A stretch of 64,000 nt of DNA from a virus. The stretch lies in IMG/VR virus record IMGVR_UViG_3300044511_000233, positions 14,751 to 78,750 of that record; one strand, 5' to 3'. The notes beneath the pieces were generated by a model. It saw only the letters and a list, made by a program, of their open reading frames with translations, searched no databases and had not been told where the DNA came from. The translations under genes were made by a program, and so were the position numbers. Of the stretch, positions 26,174-35,895 are shown one piece after another (the stretch's first letter is position 1; every line of letters begins with the position of its first letter).

Positions 26174-26931
26174 GGATTGTCGACGCGCACAATTATATAA
26201 GCCGCGTTTTCGAAAAAGATCTATCAGGACGCGCTCCTCGCAACATCATCAATGACATGCTCACCCATCGCGGAGAGCCTGTCATTTGGGTCTGGGACTC
26301 TCCTGGCGCGAAGGCAACTCGGCAACGCATCCTGCCTTGCTACAAGTCGAAGCGACTACCGCCTCCTGAAAATATTTGGCCGATCATCTCTCTGATCAAA
26401 GAGTCTCTGCAGCACACACCTGTGTTGCAGATTGAGGTGCCACGCTTCGAAGCCGACGACGTTATTGCGACCCTCGTTCGTAAGTTTCCGCACGAGAAGA
26501 AGTTCATCGTGTCGAATGACGCTGACCTACGTCAGCTCCTCGTCGTGCCTAATACCGAGATCGAAGCGAAGGAGCCCGCATTCGCGGTGCAGCCTCAGCA
26601 CATTCGTTTGTTCAAGACGTGCGTTGGCGATCCATCGGACAACATTGGCGGCGTGCCGGGGTTTGGAAGGAAGACGTGGACTGACGTTAACAAAGTGCTC
26701 TTAGCCAAAATGCTCGACGACTTCTTTGCGGGAAACGATCCGCAATGGGAGCAACTCGGCATTCCGAAGCGCTGCATCAACTGGATCAAGGACAATCGCA
26801 CTGCACTGCGCGAGGTGTGGACAGTTGTTGGTCTATGGGATGTCCCACACGACTTGATCAATCGACACACGATCGTGGGCAAACGAGACCCTCTGAAGGT
26901 CCAACAGCTACTGGAGCCTTACTACTTATGA
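26170..26931 (+). CDS. 5'-3' exonuclease / flap endonuclease (Pol I N-terminal family)
   Basis: IVDAHN, YKSKR, EADDVIA, SNDADL, GDPSDNIGGVPGFG. Confidence 0.92.
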   Translation: MRIVDAHNYISRVFEKDLSGRAPRNIINDMLTHRGEPVIWVWDSPGAKATRQRILPCYKSKRLPPPENIWPIISLIKESLQHTPVLQIEVPRFEADDVIATLVRKFPHEKKFIVSNDADLRQLLVVPNTEIEAKEPAFAVQPQHIRLFKTCVGDPSDNIGGVPGFGRKTWTDVNKVLLAKMLDDFFAGNDPQWEQLGIPKRCINWIKDNRTALREVWTVVGLWDVPHDLINRHTIVGKRDPLKVQQLLEPYYL

Positions 26932-27245
26932 GTTCGAACGAAGAAGAGTGGCGTGTTCTGGAGGATATTCCAAACTATGAAGTGTCCTCACATGGACGTG
27001 TGCGTCACGTTAAACATCAGCGTATCCGGAAGCCGGGTCGGACTATTTCTGGCCTATTGAACATGACTTTTTCGTTGTGTGGGTTTCCTAAGACCTTCGT
27101 TCTCGCTCCTATCATCTGTGCTACTTTTCATCGGCCAAAACCGCATAAGAATGCGATCGTGCGTTATCGAGACGGGGACGGTGACAATTTGAATTTTCGG
27201 AATTTGTATTGGGGAAGGAGGGGGCATGCTGATCGATGCCCGTAA
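26928..27245 (+). CDS. NUMOD4-HNH-like protein, degenerate
   Basis: EEWR....PNYEVSSHGRVR NUMOD4; VRYRDGD..N....NL.W lacks the His. Confidence 0.8.
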   Translation: MSSNEEEWRVLEDIPNYEVSSHGRVRHVKHQRIRKPGRTISGLLNMTFSLCGFPKTFVLAPIICATFHRPKPHKNAIVRYRDGDGDNLNFRNLYWGRRGHADRCP

Positions 27246-29877
27246 TTGGGACGAACAGGCTTCCCTGCTGAATGAGCATATCGCAAAAGCCGATTTCATC
27301 GGTCTGGATTGTGAGACTCACGACGACAATCGGCACGAAGGTCTCAATCAGCTTTGCGGTTATGATGCGAAGACGAGGAAAAAGAGCAAAACTAAAAAGC
27401 TCGTTTTCGACATGCGTCGAACCGAATTATGCGGAGTCTCACTCTACACGGAGAGCATGTCGGAGCCCGTCTATATCAACGTCGGTCACGCCGATGTTGA
27501 GAACAGAGTCACGCATGACCAGTTTCGAGCCCTTCTGCCGGTCAAACGACAGGGTGCCTATTGGGTGGCGCACAACGCTCCGTTCGAGACTACAGTATTT
27601 CGATCAACCCTTGGTCACGATCTCGTCAAGGACGGTATCATCTGCACGATGCAGATGTGTGTATCTGCTTATGGACCTCAGCAGTACGATCACACAAAGT
27701 GGGTGACGTGCGGTGTGGGTGCGATCGAGACACTGATCCCCCAGCTCGTCGATCTGTCGCTGACTGAGTTCGATCCCGAAACCGGGAAGATGTCGAACAA
27801 GCTCGAAGAGTTCATCGGGAAGATTACCTCGAAAGAGAGCGACGCCGCACACTCCTACAACGGGCTAATCAACGCGATCTCTTATGGATATGGCTTGAAG
27901 CAGGCCGTGAAGTCGCATTTTGGCGTCCATATGACGACGTTCGAGGAGTGCCTGGGTGGCAAGGCCCATATGGGCCAGCTCACCGGCGCCGAGACCGCCG
28001 CTTACGGCGGTGATGACGCGTTCTGGGCGCTAAGATTGTTCCGCCATCTGCTCACGATGATGGATGCGGAGACGCTCAAGTGTTTCTTTGAGCAAGAGAA
28101 TCCAATGATCGGCACCTACGCCGACATCTGGGCCGGCGGCATGCGTGTCGACTTCGACGCGATCGAGCGACGTGTTGTCGTCGAGCGGGAAGAGGCGGCG
28201 AAGATCCTGCAGCGGCTTCGCGCCGCCGTGCGGGCGCTGCTGCCGTTCCCCGTGGCGCCCAACGAAGCGCTCGGGAAGCGGGATGAGTGGTATCAGAAGA
28301 ACCACGCCAAATATCGGACCAACATCACGAAGTGGGCCGAGCTCGATGACGCTTCGACACCGTTCGAGGAGCTATCTCGAGCTGCCGGATCTGTGTCACA
28401 CAACTGGATGAAGGAGGAGGGCAAGGTCAAATCGATGGGGCCGAACTTCTCTCATTACATGCCGATCAGAACGCTGATGTATGACCTGATCGGCGCCAAG
28501 CCGATCATCTATCAAGGTAAGACCCAGAGCGACGGCGAGACGCGCGGTCAGTTGCGTGACAAGCTGACTGACAAGAATGCGATTGAGATCATTGATTGCA
28601 TTAACGCCCTTTCGGGCGTTGATCAGCGGATGAAACTATTCATCGCGCCCTATCGTCTGCTTACTGATCCGGAAACAAATCGGCTCTATCCGGTGGTCAC
28701 CTCCATGTTGGCTACGCGCCGTATGGCTGCGAGAGACCCCAACCCAATGCAGCTCGCTAAGCGTGGCGAGTCGACTTATGTCCGGGGCTTTTTTCTTCCG
28801 GATGAAGAAGATCATGTGATGGTGTCGATCGACTGGTCGGCGATTGAGCTCGTGGAGATAGGCGAGTTTTCGGGCGATCCGAAATTCATTGAAGCCTTTA
28901 GTCAAATCCCCCATCAGGACCTTCATTCGGGCGCTGCGGCGTCGATCTTGGAAGTCGAATGCCCTGGTCTGACGGTTGAGGCCTTTAAGGGCTTGAGACA
29001 GGTGAAGGTGTGGGACGAATTCGCAAACCAATATGGGTTGAATGATGTCAACCGACTGGCAACGAACTTGAAGGGTGAAGCTCTCTCAATCGACAAGGCC
29101 TATAAGTATTGGCGCACAGAGGTTGGGAAGGGAGCGAACTTCAATTATTGGTATAGTGGATTTCTTACGACGATTGGTGAGCGACTAGGCTGGGGGTCGG
29201 AGACTACCCAGGCCGCAACAGAGAAATACGCCAACCACTTTGCTGCTGCTGAGCAGTGGCGTCGCGATACGATCGCACGAATTAAACAAGACGGATTTAT
29301 CCGTCTGCCTGATGGCCATTGCTATACCAAGTATGAAGCGACTGAGCAGTGGTTCCTCGAGTGGCTTGCTAAATTCGGCGCCGACACTCCCAATGATCAG
29401 TTGAGAAACTATCACTCGATCATTCGCAAGATTGGTCAGCGTATCGCTCGCCGCGCCGGCAATCAGACGGTGAATGCCTTCATTCAAGGAACCTGCGCGA
29501 CGATCGCGAAACGGTCTATTCGACGAGTCGATACGAAGATCAAGCAAGACGGGTTCCAAGCACGTTTCATGATCCCGGTCCATGACGAATTGATCTGGTC
29601 TGTTCATCGTAAGGAAGTCGCGGACTTCATTCCGATGGCTCGTGGCGTCATGATTGATCACCCAGACATCTTCCAGAAATGCAAACTCGACGCGTCTCCT
29701 TCGGTTGGACTCACGTTCGAACCGTGGAATGAGAACAAGGCGCCGACAGGTCAAGTCGAACTGTTCGAGTTGCCGAAACAGATTGTTGGCGAGGAGTGGG
29801 CCGACAAGCGTGCTGATTCTAACAAGACCCGAGAGGTGATCGATTGGCTCTTCGAGCAGAGGAAGAAAGCAGCTTGA
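27226..29877 (+). CDS. Family A DNA polymerase with 3'-5' exonuclease domain
   Basis: DCET, AHNAPFE, Y..DDA; motif A DWSAIE, motif B R....K..NF...Y, motif C VHDEL. Confidence 0.93.
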   Translation: MLIDARNWDEQASLLNEHIAKADFIGLDCETHDDNRHEGLNQLCGYDAKTRKKSKTKKLVFDMRRTELCGVSLYTESMSEPVYINVGHADVENRVTHDQFRALLPVKRQGAYWVAHNAPFETTVFRSTLGHDLVKDGIICTMQMCVSAYGPQQYDHTKWVTCGVGAIETLIPQLVDLSLTEFDPETGKMSNKLEEFIGKITSKESDAAHSYNGLINAISYGYGLKQAVKSHFGVHMTTFEECLGGKAHMGQLTGAETAAYGGDDAFWALRLFRHLLTMMDAETLKCFFEQENPMIGTYADIWAGGMRVDFDAIERRVVVEREEAAKILQRLRAAVRALLPFPVAPNEALGKRDEWYQKNHAKYRTNITKWAELDDASTPFEELSRAAGSVSHNWMKEEGKVKSMGPNFSHYMPIRTLMYDLIGAKPIIYQGKTQSDGETRGQLRDKLTDKNAIEIIDCINALSGVDQRMKLFIAPYRLLTDPETNRLYPVVTSMLATRRMAARDPNPMQLAKRGESTYVRGFFLPDEEDHVMVSIDWSAIELVEIGEFSGDPKFIEAFSQIPHQDLHSGAAASILEVECPGLTVEAFKGLRQVKVWDEFANQYGLNDVNRLATNLKGEALSIDKAYKYWRTEVGKGANFNYWYSGFLTTIGERLGWGSETTQAATEKYANHFAAAEQWRRDTIARIKQDGFIRLPDGHCYTKYEATEQWFLEWLAKFGADTPNDQLRNYHSIIRKIGQRIARRAGNQTVNAFIQGTCATIAKRSIRRVDTKIKQDGFQARFMIPVHDELIWSVHRKEVADFIPMARGVMIDHPDIFQKCKLDASPSVGLTFEPWNENKAPTGQVELFELPKQIVGEEWADKRADSNKTREVIDWLFEQRKKAA

Positions 29878-30284
29878 CTCAAGAACAGGTTGCTCATTTA
29901 GCGAATACCGTAATTTCTATTCTAGGCCCGACCGCAACTGACGCGAACGTCATTCTCCTTCTCACATCTACACTGATGACGTTTCTGAACTCACTTCCCC
30001 CAGATCGTCAGACAGCGTTCATCATATCGATTAATCGCAACCTGAACACGAAGCCAGTTTTCGATCCGAACTGTTGCTCCTCTTGCACAGATGGGAATGA
30101 GATCGTCGACACTCTTATCGACAAGCTAGCTCATATTCCGGAAACCGTTGCTCTTCGAACGCTCGCGCATCTCCTCCGCGGTCTTCTTAACTCTACCAGA
30201 GACGATGATCTGGCCGGGGACATTGAAGAGGAATTGGCGGAGATTTTATTTCCGACACCGAGTCCAGAGGAGATCCGACATTGA
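29874..30284 (+). CDS. Hypothetical protein
   Basis: Coupled ORF. Confidence 0.55.
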   Translation: MTQEQVAHLANTVISILGPTATDANVILLLTSTLMTFLNSLPPDRQTAFIISINRNLNTKPVFDPNCCSSCTDGNEIVDTLIDKLAHIPETVALRTLAHLLRGLLNSTRDDDLAGDIEEELAEILFPTPSPEEIRH

Positions 30285-30685
30285 ATGAAGTTCCAAACGC
30301 ATCTGAGTATGACCGCGCGGGTATGGCGTGGGCGCTGATTGAACACGTCTGTCACGGCGCCGCTGCTCGTAATGGGTGGTGGACCGATCTCAAGACGGGT
30401 GAGTCTCTGATCGGTAAGCGCAACGTCGGTGAGATGCTGTGCTTGATTCACAGCGAGGTCAGCGAAGCTCTCGAGGGGCACCGCAAGAACAAAATGGATG
30501 ACCATCTTCCGCATCGAAAATCAATGGAGGTCGAGCTCGCTGATGCGATTATTCGTATCGCTGACCTCGGCGCTGCTCTTGGATTGGATGTCGGCTCGGC
30601 GCTCGCAGAGAAGCTGCTCTACAACGATCAGCGACTGGACCACAAGCGCGAGGCTCGCCTTGCCGATGGGGGCAAGCAGTTCTGA
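30281..30685 (+). CDS. MazG-like nucleotide pyrophosphohydrolase
   Basis: LIHSEVSEALEG.RK...EVELADAIIRI.DL...EK..YN..R. Confidence 0.88.
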   Translation: MNEVPNASEYDRAGMAWALIEHVCHGAAARNGWWTDLKTGESLIGKRNVGEMLCLIHSEVSEALEGHRKNKMDDHLPHRKSMEVELADAIIRIADLGAALGLDVGSALAEKLLYNDQRLDHKREARLADGGKQF

Positions 30686-31764
30686 TGCTCAGCAACCCTA
30701 TCTATAAACGAGATGCGAGCGGCCGTGTGCGCATTTGGCAGTATGAAGTCCAAGGCCCATGCTGGCGCACGCTGTCAGGCCTCCCAGGGGGTGAACTTCT
30801 TACCACTGGCTGGACGACCTGCAAGCCGAAATCCCAGGACACTGCCGAAGAGCAGGCCCTTTTCGAGGCGCAGGCCGAGGAGAAGAAGAAGCTCGATCGC
30901 GATTACCGATCGACGATCGACGACGTCGATCGGCCTCGCGACAGTGTCGTCAAGCCGATGCTCGCGCACAAGTTCGAAGGGTGGGTTGCTGGGTGGAAGA
31001 ATATCTACTGCCAGCCCAAACTCGATGGCATTCGCTGTATCGCAACGGCGAACGGGCTGTGGAGCCGGCAAGGGAAGCCGATCGTCTCCTGTCGCCATAT
31101 TGAGCAGTCGTTGGCGCCGCTGTTCCAGCGGTGCCCGACGCTGATCCTCGATGGCGAGCTCTATAACCACGAGCTCAAGGACGACTTCAACACGATTACC
31201 TCAGTCGTGAAGAAATTGAAGCCGTCTGAGGAGGACTTCGAAAAGGCTCGATCACTGATCCAGTATCATGTCTATGACATGCCATCGCGCGATGGCATGT
31301 TCGGCGAGCGTCTCGAACAGATTAGGTCGTTCAATCTTGACCCCAATAGTCCCCTCAGAGAGGTGCATACACTCCATTGCGCGACTGAGCGGCTGCTCAA
31401 CGATCATTACGAGTGGTGTCTGCAGGATGGATTCGAGGGTCAGATCATTCGCCTGAACGGCGCCTACGAACAGAAGCGATCGAAGCTGCTGTTGAAGAGG
31501 AAAGAGTTCCTCGACGAGGAATTTGACGTGATCCGCGTCGAGGAGGGGCAGGGCAACTGGGCGGGATACGCCAAGCGCGCCGTGCTGCGTTTGAAGGATG
31601 GCCGCGAGTTCGGCGCCGGCATTCGTGGGACCCAGGGTTTCTGCTTGCAGCTCCTGCACAGCCCGACGCCGTCGAGCGCCACCGTGCGCTACTTCGCGCT
31701 CACGCCTGATGGCATGCCGCGATTTCCAGTCGTCACAGCGTTTCATGAAGGGACGAGGTTGTGA
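30685..31764 (+). CDS. ATP-dependent DNA ligase
   Basis: QPKLDGIRC, LDGEL, YHVYD, EGQIIR, LLKRK, PRFP. Confidence 0.93.
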   Translation: MLSNPIYKRDASGRVRIWQYEVQGPCWRTLSGLPGGELLTTGWTTCKPKSQDTAEEQALFEAQAEEKKKLDRDYRSTIDDVDRPRDSVVKPMLAHKFEGWVAGWKNIYCQPKLDGIRCIATANGLWSRQGKPIVSCRHIEQSLAPLFQRCPTLILDGELYNHELKDDFNTITSVVKKLKPSEEDFEKARSLIQYHVYDMPSRDGMFGERLEQIRSFNLDPNSPLREVHTLHCATERLLNDHYEWCLQDGFEGQIIRLNGAYEQKRSKLLLKRKEFLDEEFDVIRVEEGQGNWAGYAKRAVLRLKDGREFGAGIRGTQGFCLQLLHSPTPSSATVRYFALTPDGMPRFPVVTAFHEGTRL

Positions 31765-32120
31765 CGATCTACATCGCGAGCAAGACCTATCACGCTCCAC
31801 TGTGGAGAGATCTGAGAACACAAGGCATCCCCATCATTTCAACTTGGATCGACGAAGCTGGAGATGAGGAATCGTCCTCATTTGAGGACCTTTGGCGTCG
31901 GTGCATTGATGAGGCGTCCAGCGCGCAGTTCACGATTGTGTATCGTGCTTCTGGGGATGTTTTGAAGGGGGCGCTGATCGAGGTTGGAGCAGCGCTTGCA
32001 TCAGGACGTCAGGTGATTGCGGTTGGGTGTGAGGGTTTCACATTCACACATCACAAACAGGTTCAACACGCTGCATCGATGCAGGAAGCTCTCAAAATAT
32101 GTGAAGGAGAGAAACTATGA
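31761..32120 (+). CDS. Nucleoside 2-deoxyribosyltransferase-like protein
   Basis: IYIAS...STWID...GALIEVGAALA. Confidence 0.7.
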   Translation: MTIYIASKTYHAPLWRDLRTQGIPIISTWIDEAGDEESSSFEDLWRRCIDEASSAQFTIVYRASGDVLKGALIEVGAALASGRQVIAVGCEGFTFTHHKQVQHAASMQEALKICEGEKL

Positions 32121-32350
32121 AAGTCCTACTGGTTTGGGAAGAAGTTCCCGAGAACACCAAATTTTATGTGCTTGAAGGCGAGATTGCTGATCTCGCTCTT
32201 AAATGCGCAGGCCAGTATGTCAACACGGTCGAGGAGACCGACGAGATTGAGCAGTTGAGCGAGGCGATTGGTGGTCATCCCTCGTTCGGCATCGACGAGC
32301 CGATCGAGGGTCCGTTCGATAAGGTGGTTGTTGCAGGGTTCATAATGTGA
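32117..32350 (+). CDS. Hypothetical protein
   Basis: AGGAG RBS; coupled. Confidence 0.65.
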   Translation: MKVLLVWEEVPENTKFYVLEGEIADLALKCAGQYVNTVEETDEIEQLSEAIGGHPSFGIDEPIEGPFDKVVVAGFIM

Positions 32351-32850
32351 TGGCGAATCCTCAAATCACCATGACTGTCGGAGCTCCAGGCTCCGGCAAA
32401 ACGACCTATGCTCGATCGCTAGATCCAACCGAATGGGTCATCATTTCGCTCGACGATATTCGAGCGTCGCTCTTTGGGTCCAAGCAAGTTTACTGGAAAC
32501 ACGTTGGGGAAAATCCCTGGATGCGTGATCTGATTCACACAGTTCAGAGAGGGATGCTGAGATCGGCGCTCAAACTCGAAAAGAACGTCGTGCTTGCGAA
32601 CACTCACACCAATCCTGAGTCATGCCATGACGTCATAGACATACTCGTCACTCACAGGATCGAGCCCAAGATTGTCGTCTTTGATGTTCCTTGGGAAACA
32701 CTCGTAGCTCGTGAACAAGTGCGCACCGCGGAAGATGCGGTCGGCCAAACGTTCCTTCGACAATCATATGAGCAACAATGGGCACCCAATGCGTGGTGGA
32801 GGTCAATGCCGAATGTGGAATTTAACCACCAAGCAGAAACTCGCGCTTAA
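32350..32850 (+). CDS. Pnkp-like P-loop kinase (AAA_33)
   Basis: VGAPGSGKTT, SLDDIR..L, FDVPWETLVAR...R. Confidence 0.85.
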   Translation: MANPQITMTVGAPGSGKTTYARSLDPTEWVIISLDDIRASLFGSKQVYWKHVGENPWMRDLIHTVQRGMLRSALKLEKNVVLANTHTNPESCHDVIDILVTHRIEPKIVVFDVPWETLVAREQVRTAEDAVGQTFLRQSYEQQWAPNAWWRSMPNVEFNHQAETRA

Positions 32851-33049
32851 AGCGGTCGATGACCACATCAACGGTTATCGACCGCTCACGATCCAAGGTC
32901 AGTATTTCGGAGCGGTGAAGGCTCACCGTTTTCACCTCGACGATACGGATCTCACACATCAAGTCCGAGCGTTGATGAAGCAGGGCTACGTTCGGTGGCG
33001 CAACAAACAGCTAGCTTTTACTGAGAAGGGGAATGAGGCTCTAGGATGA
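32813..33049 (+). CDS. Small winged-helix-like protein
   Basis: GGAGG RBS; LT.KQ..AL...L.KQGYV....L.FTEKG. Confidence 0.55.
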   Translation: MWNLTTKQKLALKAVDDHINGYRPLTIQGQYFGAVKAHRFHLDDTDLTHQVRALMKQGYVRWRNKQLAFTEKGNEALG

Positions 33050-33978
33050 CCACTATCTCTGCACAAAGTGTTCTCGCGTCCAAGCACGCGATCACCGGCG
33101 ACCGGATCGACACGCTGCTGTTGCGCTATCCGCGCTGCATTCACTCCGAGTTTATGACGCATCGCATGTTCAGTCGGAACGCAGCGTCGTCGCGCGCGAT
33201 TCCTGTCGAGAAGCTGATACAAGATGTGCTCGACGACCCGTTCGTGCCGCTGCATTGGGGCAAGAACCAGAAGGGGATGCAGGCGAACGAGGAGTGCAAT
33301 GAGGAGGTTCGAGTCGATGACCGTCCAGGTTATGAGCCACTTCCGCGTCAGCTAGCTTGGCTGCTTGCTCGTGATCAAGCAGTTGAAGTGGCGCGGGCTT
33401 TTGCCGAGGCCGGCTATCACAAGCAGATCGTGAACCGGCTGCTTGAGCCGTGGATGCACATCACCGTCGTCTGCACCTCGACTAATTGGTCGAACTTCCT
33501 GGCGCTGCGCGATCATCCCGACGCCGAGCCGCACATTCAGATGCTTGCGCGCGAGGTTCGAAAGGCGCTTGAGGGCGCTGAGGTGCGGCTATTGGCGCCG
33601 GGTGAGTGGCATTTGCCGTTTGTGATTGACGAAGACCGCGGGAGGGCGTGGAAGCACACCTACCAGAGTGGAGTTCCTCCCGAAGGGAGGAAGTCGGAGG
33701 AGGTGAGACAGAGCCTGATCAAGCTCTCTGTTGCTCGCTGCGCCAGTACCTCGTATCGAACCGTCGATGGCTTCGACATGACGTTGGAGCGTGCTATCGA
33801 GCTTCACGACAAGCTGCTCAACAGTAACCCGATGCACGCCTCGCCGTTCGAGCATCAGGTTCAGGCGGACGAAGTCCTCGGAGATGAGGGTTGGGGGTGT
33901 TACGTGCATCCCGAGCAGCACGGCAACTTCACCGGCTTCCGTCAGTATCGAAAGATGCTTCCGGGAGAGTGCCGATGA
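33046..33978 (+). CDS. thyX: Flavin-dependent thymidylate synthase (phage type)
   Basis: HSEFMTHRMFSRNAASSRAIP, NRLLEP, NFLALR, HASPFEH. Confidence 0.85.
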   Translation: MTTISAQSVLASKHAITGDRIDTLLLRYPRCIHSEFMTHRMFSRNAASSRAIPVEKLIQDVLDDPFVPLHWGKNQKGMQANEECNEEVRVDDRPGYEPLPRQLAWLLARDQAVEVARAFAEAGYHKQIVNRLLEPWMHITVVCTSTNWSNFLALRDHPDAEPHIQMLAREVRKALEGAEVRLLAPGEWHLPFVIDEDRGRAWKHTYQSGVPPEGRKSEEVRQSLIKLSVARCASTSYRTVDGFDMTLERAIELHDKLLNSNPMHASPFEHQVQADEVLGDEGWGCYVHPEQHGNFTGFRQYRKMLPGECR

Positions 33979-34244
33979 TTCATGGCATCCCCGCAGACCG
34001 CGCTGCGCTTCTTCGCAATCCTACAATCGAAGGTGCGATGAAGTTCTGGAACCGTCAACTGCTCGGAAACCCTGTTGAGCAAGAGACTGCGCTTGCGGGT
34101 CTGTATAAGGCACGCCTGCAGTGGAAGGGTTAAACGAAGCAAATGATCAAAGAGAGCAAGAAGTGGCTCGCGGATCACGGCTATGGGCCGGTTCCGCATG
34201 TTGATCCTAACGCACCCATGGCTCAACCTCTTCGAAAGCAGTGA
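33975..34244 (+). pseudogene. Small conserved phage gene interrupted by in-frame TAA (34131-34133)
   Basis: ...LYKARLQWKG*TKQMIKESKKWLADHGY... continues in the same frame to TGA 34244, abutting the next gene. Confidence 0.55.
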
Positions 34245-34247
34245 CCA

Positions 34248-34706
34248 GTGAACTCTTGGGACCTCCGCTTCCTCCGGCTCGCCAAAGAGATTTCGACGTG
34301 GTCGAAAGACCCATCAACGCGAGTTGGCGCCGTCATCACGAACAACCGGAACCAAATCCTCTCACTCGGTTTCAACGGGTTCCCGAGGGGGGTCAATGAC
34401 GATGATCGTCTCAACGATCGGGACACGAAACTCAAGATGGTTGTTCATGCGGAAGCCAATGCGCTCTTGAATGCATCGTGCTCTCTGCGTGACTCGGTCG
34501 CTTACATCTATCCGTTCATGCCGTGTTCGAATTGCGCCGGACTCCTGATCCAGGCCGGCGTCAAGCGCGTCGTGTCGATCATGAACGATAACCCGCGGTG
34601 GCAGGAGAGCTTTAAGCTGACGCGGCGGATGTTCGTTGAAACCGACGTCGAGCTGATCCTCTATGACGCCGACTCTATCAGAGATTTGATTCAGATGAGT
34701 GCGTAG
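34248..34706 (+). CDS. dCMP deaminase
   Basis: SKDPSTRVGAVI, GFNGFPRG, HAEANA, PCSNC. Confidence 0.95.
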   Translation: MNSWDLRFLRLAKEISTWSKDPSTRVGAVITNNRNQILSLGFNGFPRGVNDDDRLNDRDTKLKMVVHAEANALLNASCSLRDSVAYIYPFMPCSNCAGLLIQAGVKRVVSIMNDNPRWQESFKLTRRMFVETDVELILYDADSIRDLIQMSA

Positions 34707-34724
34707 CTGTGTCATCGTGCCCGA

Positions 34725-35156
34725 ATGAAAAATTCGGGCAAGCCCTCAGAGCAAATATTTGAGGACTATTTTGCGTCGCTCGGCAAGCGAGCCTATCTGC
34801 ATCGCCTTGTCGACGCCGCAGAGGTTAGGGGCCGCACTGGAAAGATTGGGCAGGTGCGCTCGGCGCCTGCGGACTACATCGTTACGTGTGATGGTCAGAC
34901 CTTCTATGCGGAAGTGAAGTCGACCATTCACAAGACGCGCTTCGCCTTCTCCCTCTTACGAACCTCACAAACGGCTGCGGCAAAACAAGTGCTCGCGGCT
35001 GGGGGAGATTACTTTGTCTACATACACTCCATAGTGAGGAACGAATGGTTCAGGGTGCCATACAAGAGCTTGAAGTCGTTGCAGCCGGAGGCTTCATCGA
35101 TCAAGTGGTGCGACCTCAGTTGGTCGCAGACGAAGGTCGGTATTTTACCGACGTGA
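34725..35156 (+). CDS. PD-(D/E)xK nuclease, RecU-like Holliday junction resolvase
   Basis: GK.SE..FE...PADY......YAEVKS. Confidence 0.75.
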   Translation: MKNSGKPSEQIFEDYFASLGKRAYLHRLVDAAEVRGRTGKIGQVRSAPADYIVTCDGQTFYAEVKSTIHKTRFAFSLLRTSQTAAAKQVLAAGGDYFVYIHSIVRNEWFRVPYKSLKSLQPEASSIKWCDLSWSQTKVGILPT

Positions 35157-35683
35157 TGGTTGATCTTGAGACGACGGGAACGGACCCCTCTCACAACCAT
35201 ATTGTTCAGCTCGCCGCTGTTCGTTTCAATATTGAAACGAAGGAGATCGATGCGAAGGAGATGTTCGATCGTTGTCTCCTACCCGTTGGCAGTTCCCGTT
35301 TTTGGGATGAATCCACGAGAACATGGTGGAGTCAGCAGAAGGCTGGCGTTCTAGACGACATCCTTTTCCGTGGAGAAGATCCGAAAACGGTGCTGCTCGC
35401 CTTCACGAACTTCCTAGCTCGCACACGCTCGCCCAGGCCGGTGAGGTTGTGGGCGAAGCCGATCAGTTTCGAATGGCCGTTCCTGCAGAGTTACATGCGC
35501 GAATACGGTGTCGAGATGCCAATCCCATATTGGAATTGTGAAGACCTCAACAGCTTTATCGATGGACGCAGTCGCGTCTATCGCAGCCGAAAGGACTTTT
35601 GGGCTGACATTCCATTCGAGGGTGATCAGCATAACGCCCTTCATGATTGCATCCACCAAATTAAGGGAGCGTTTGCGGCGTGA
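35045..35683 (+). CDS. DEDDh 3'-5' exonuclease
   Basis: VMVDLETTG...HNALHD. Confidence 0.88.
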   Translation: MVQGAIQELEVVAAGGFIDQVVRPQLVADEGRYFTDVMVDLETTGTDPSHNHIVQLAAVRFNIETKEIDAKEMFDRCLLPVGSSRFWDESTRTWWSQQKAGVLDDILFRGEDPKTVLLAFTNFLARTRSPRPVRLWAKPISFEWPFLQSYMREYGVEMPIPYWNCEDLNSFIDGRSRVYRSRKDFWADIPFEGDQHNALHDCIHQIKGAFAA

Positions 35684-35895
35684 CGGCGCGCATGTCCGTT
35701 CCTTGCCCCGAACGGCCTGAGCTCGCAGCACTTATCGAGCGCACCAAGCAACTCTGGGGCACGCTCAGCGCCCCAGAGAAGGCCGAGCTCATTCAAGCTC
35801 AACGTCGCTCATGGGTGATTGGGGAGATGCTCCTCGAGCACCCAGAAATGACGCGAGAATATGCGGAGTGGATTCTTGATCAAGTTACGACTTAG
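35680..35895 (+). CDS. Hypothetical protein
   Basis: Coupled; QRRSWV.GE motif. Confidence 0.6.
   Translation: MTARMSVPCPERPELAALIERTKQLWGTLSAPEKAELIQAQRRSWVIGEMLLEHPEMTREYAEWILDQVTT

Noticed and set aside
27226-29877. Intein or group I intron in the polymerase or other genes next to HNH ORFs
   Set aside because: The host ORFs are continuous, without intein C/HN termini; the HNH genes are free-standing.
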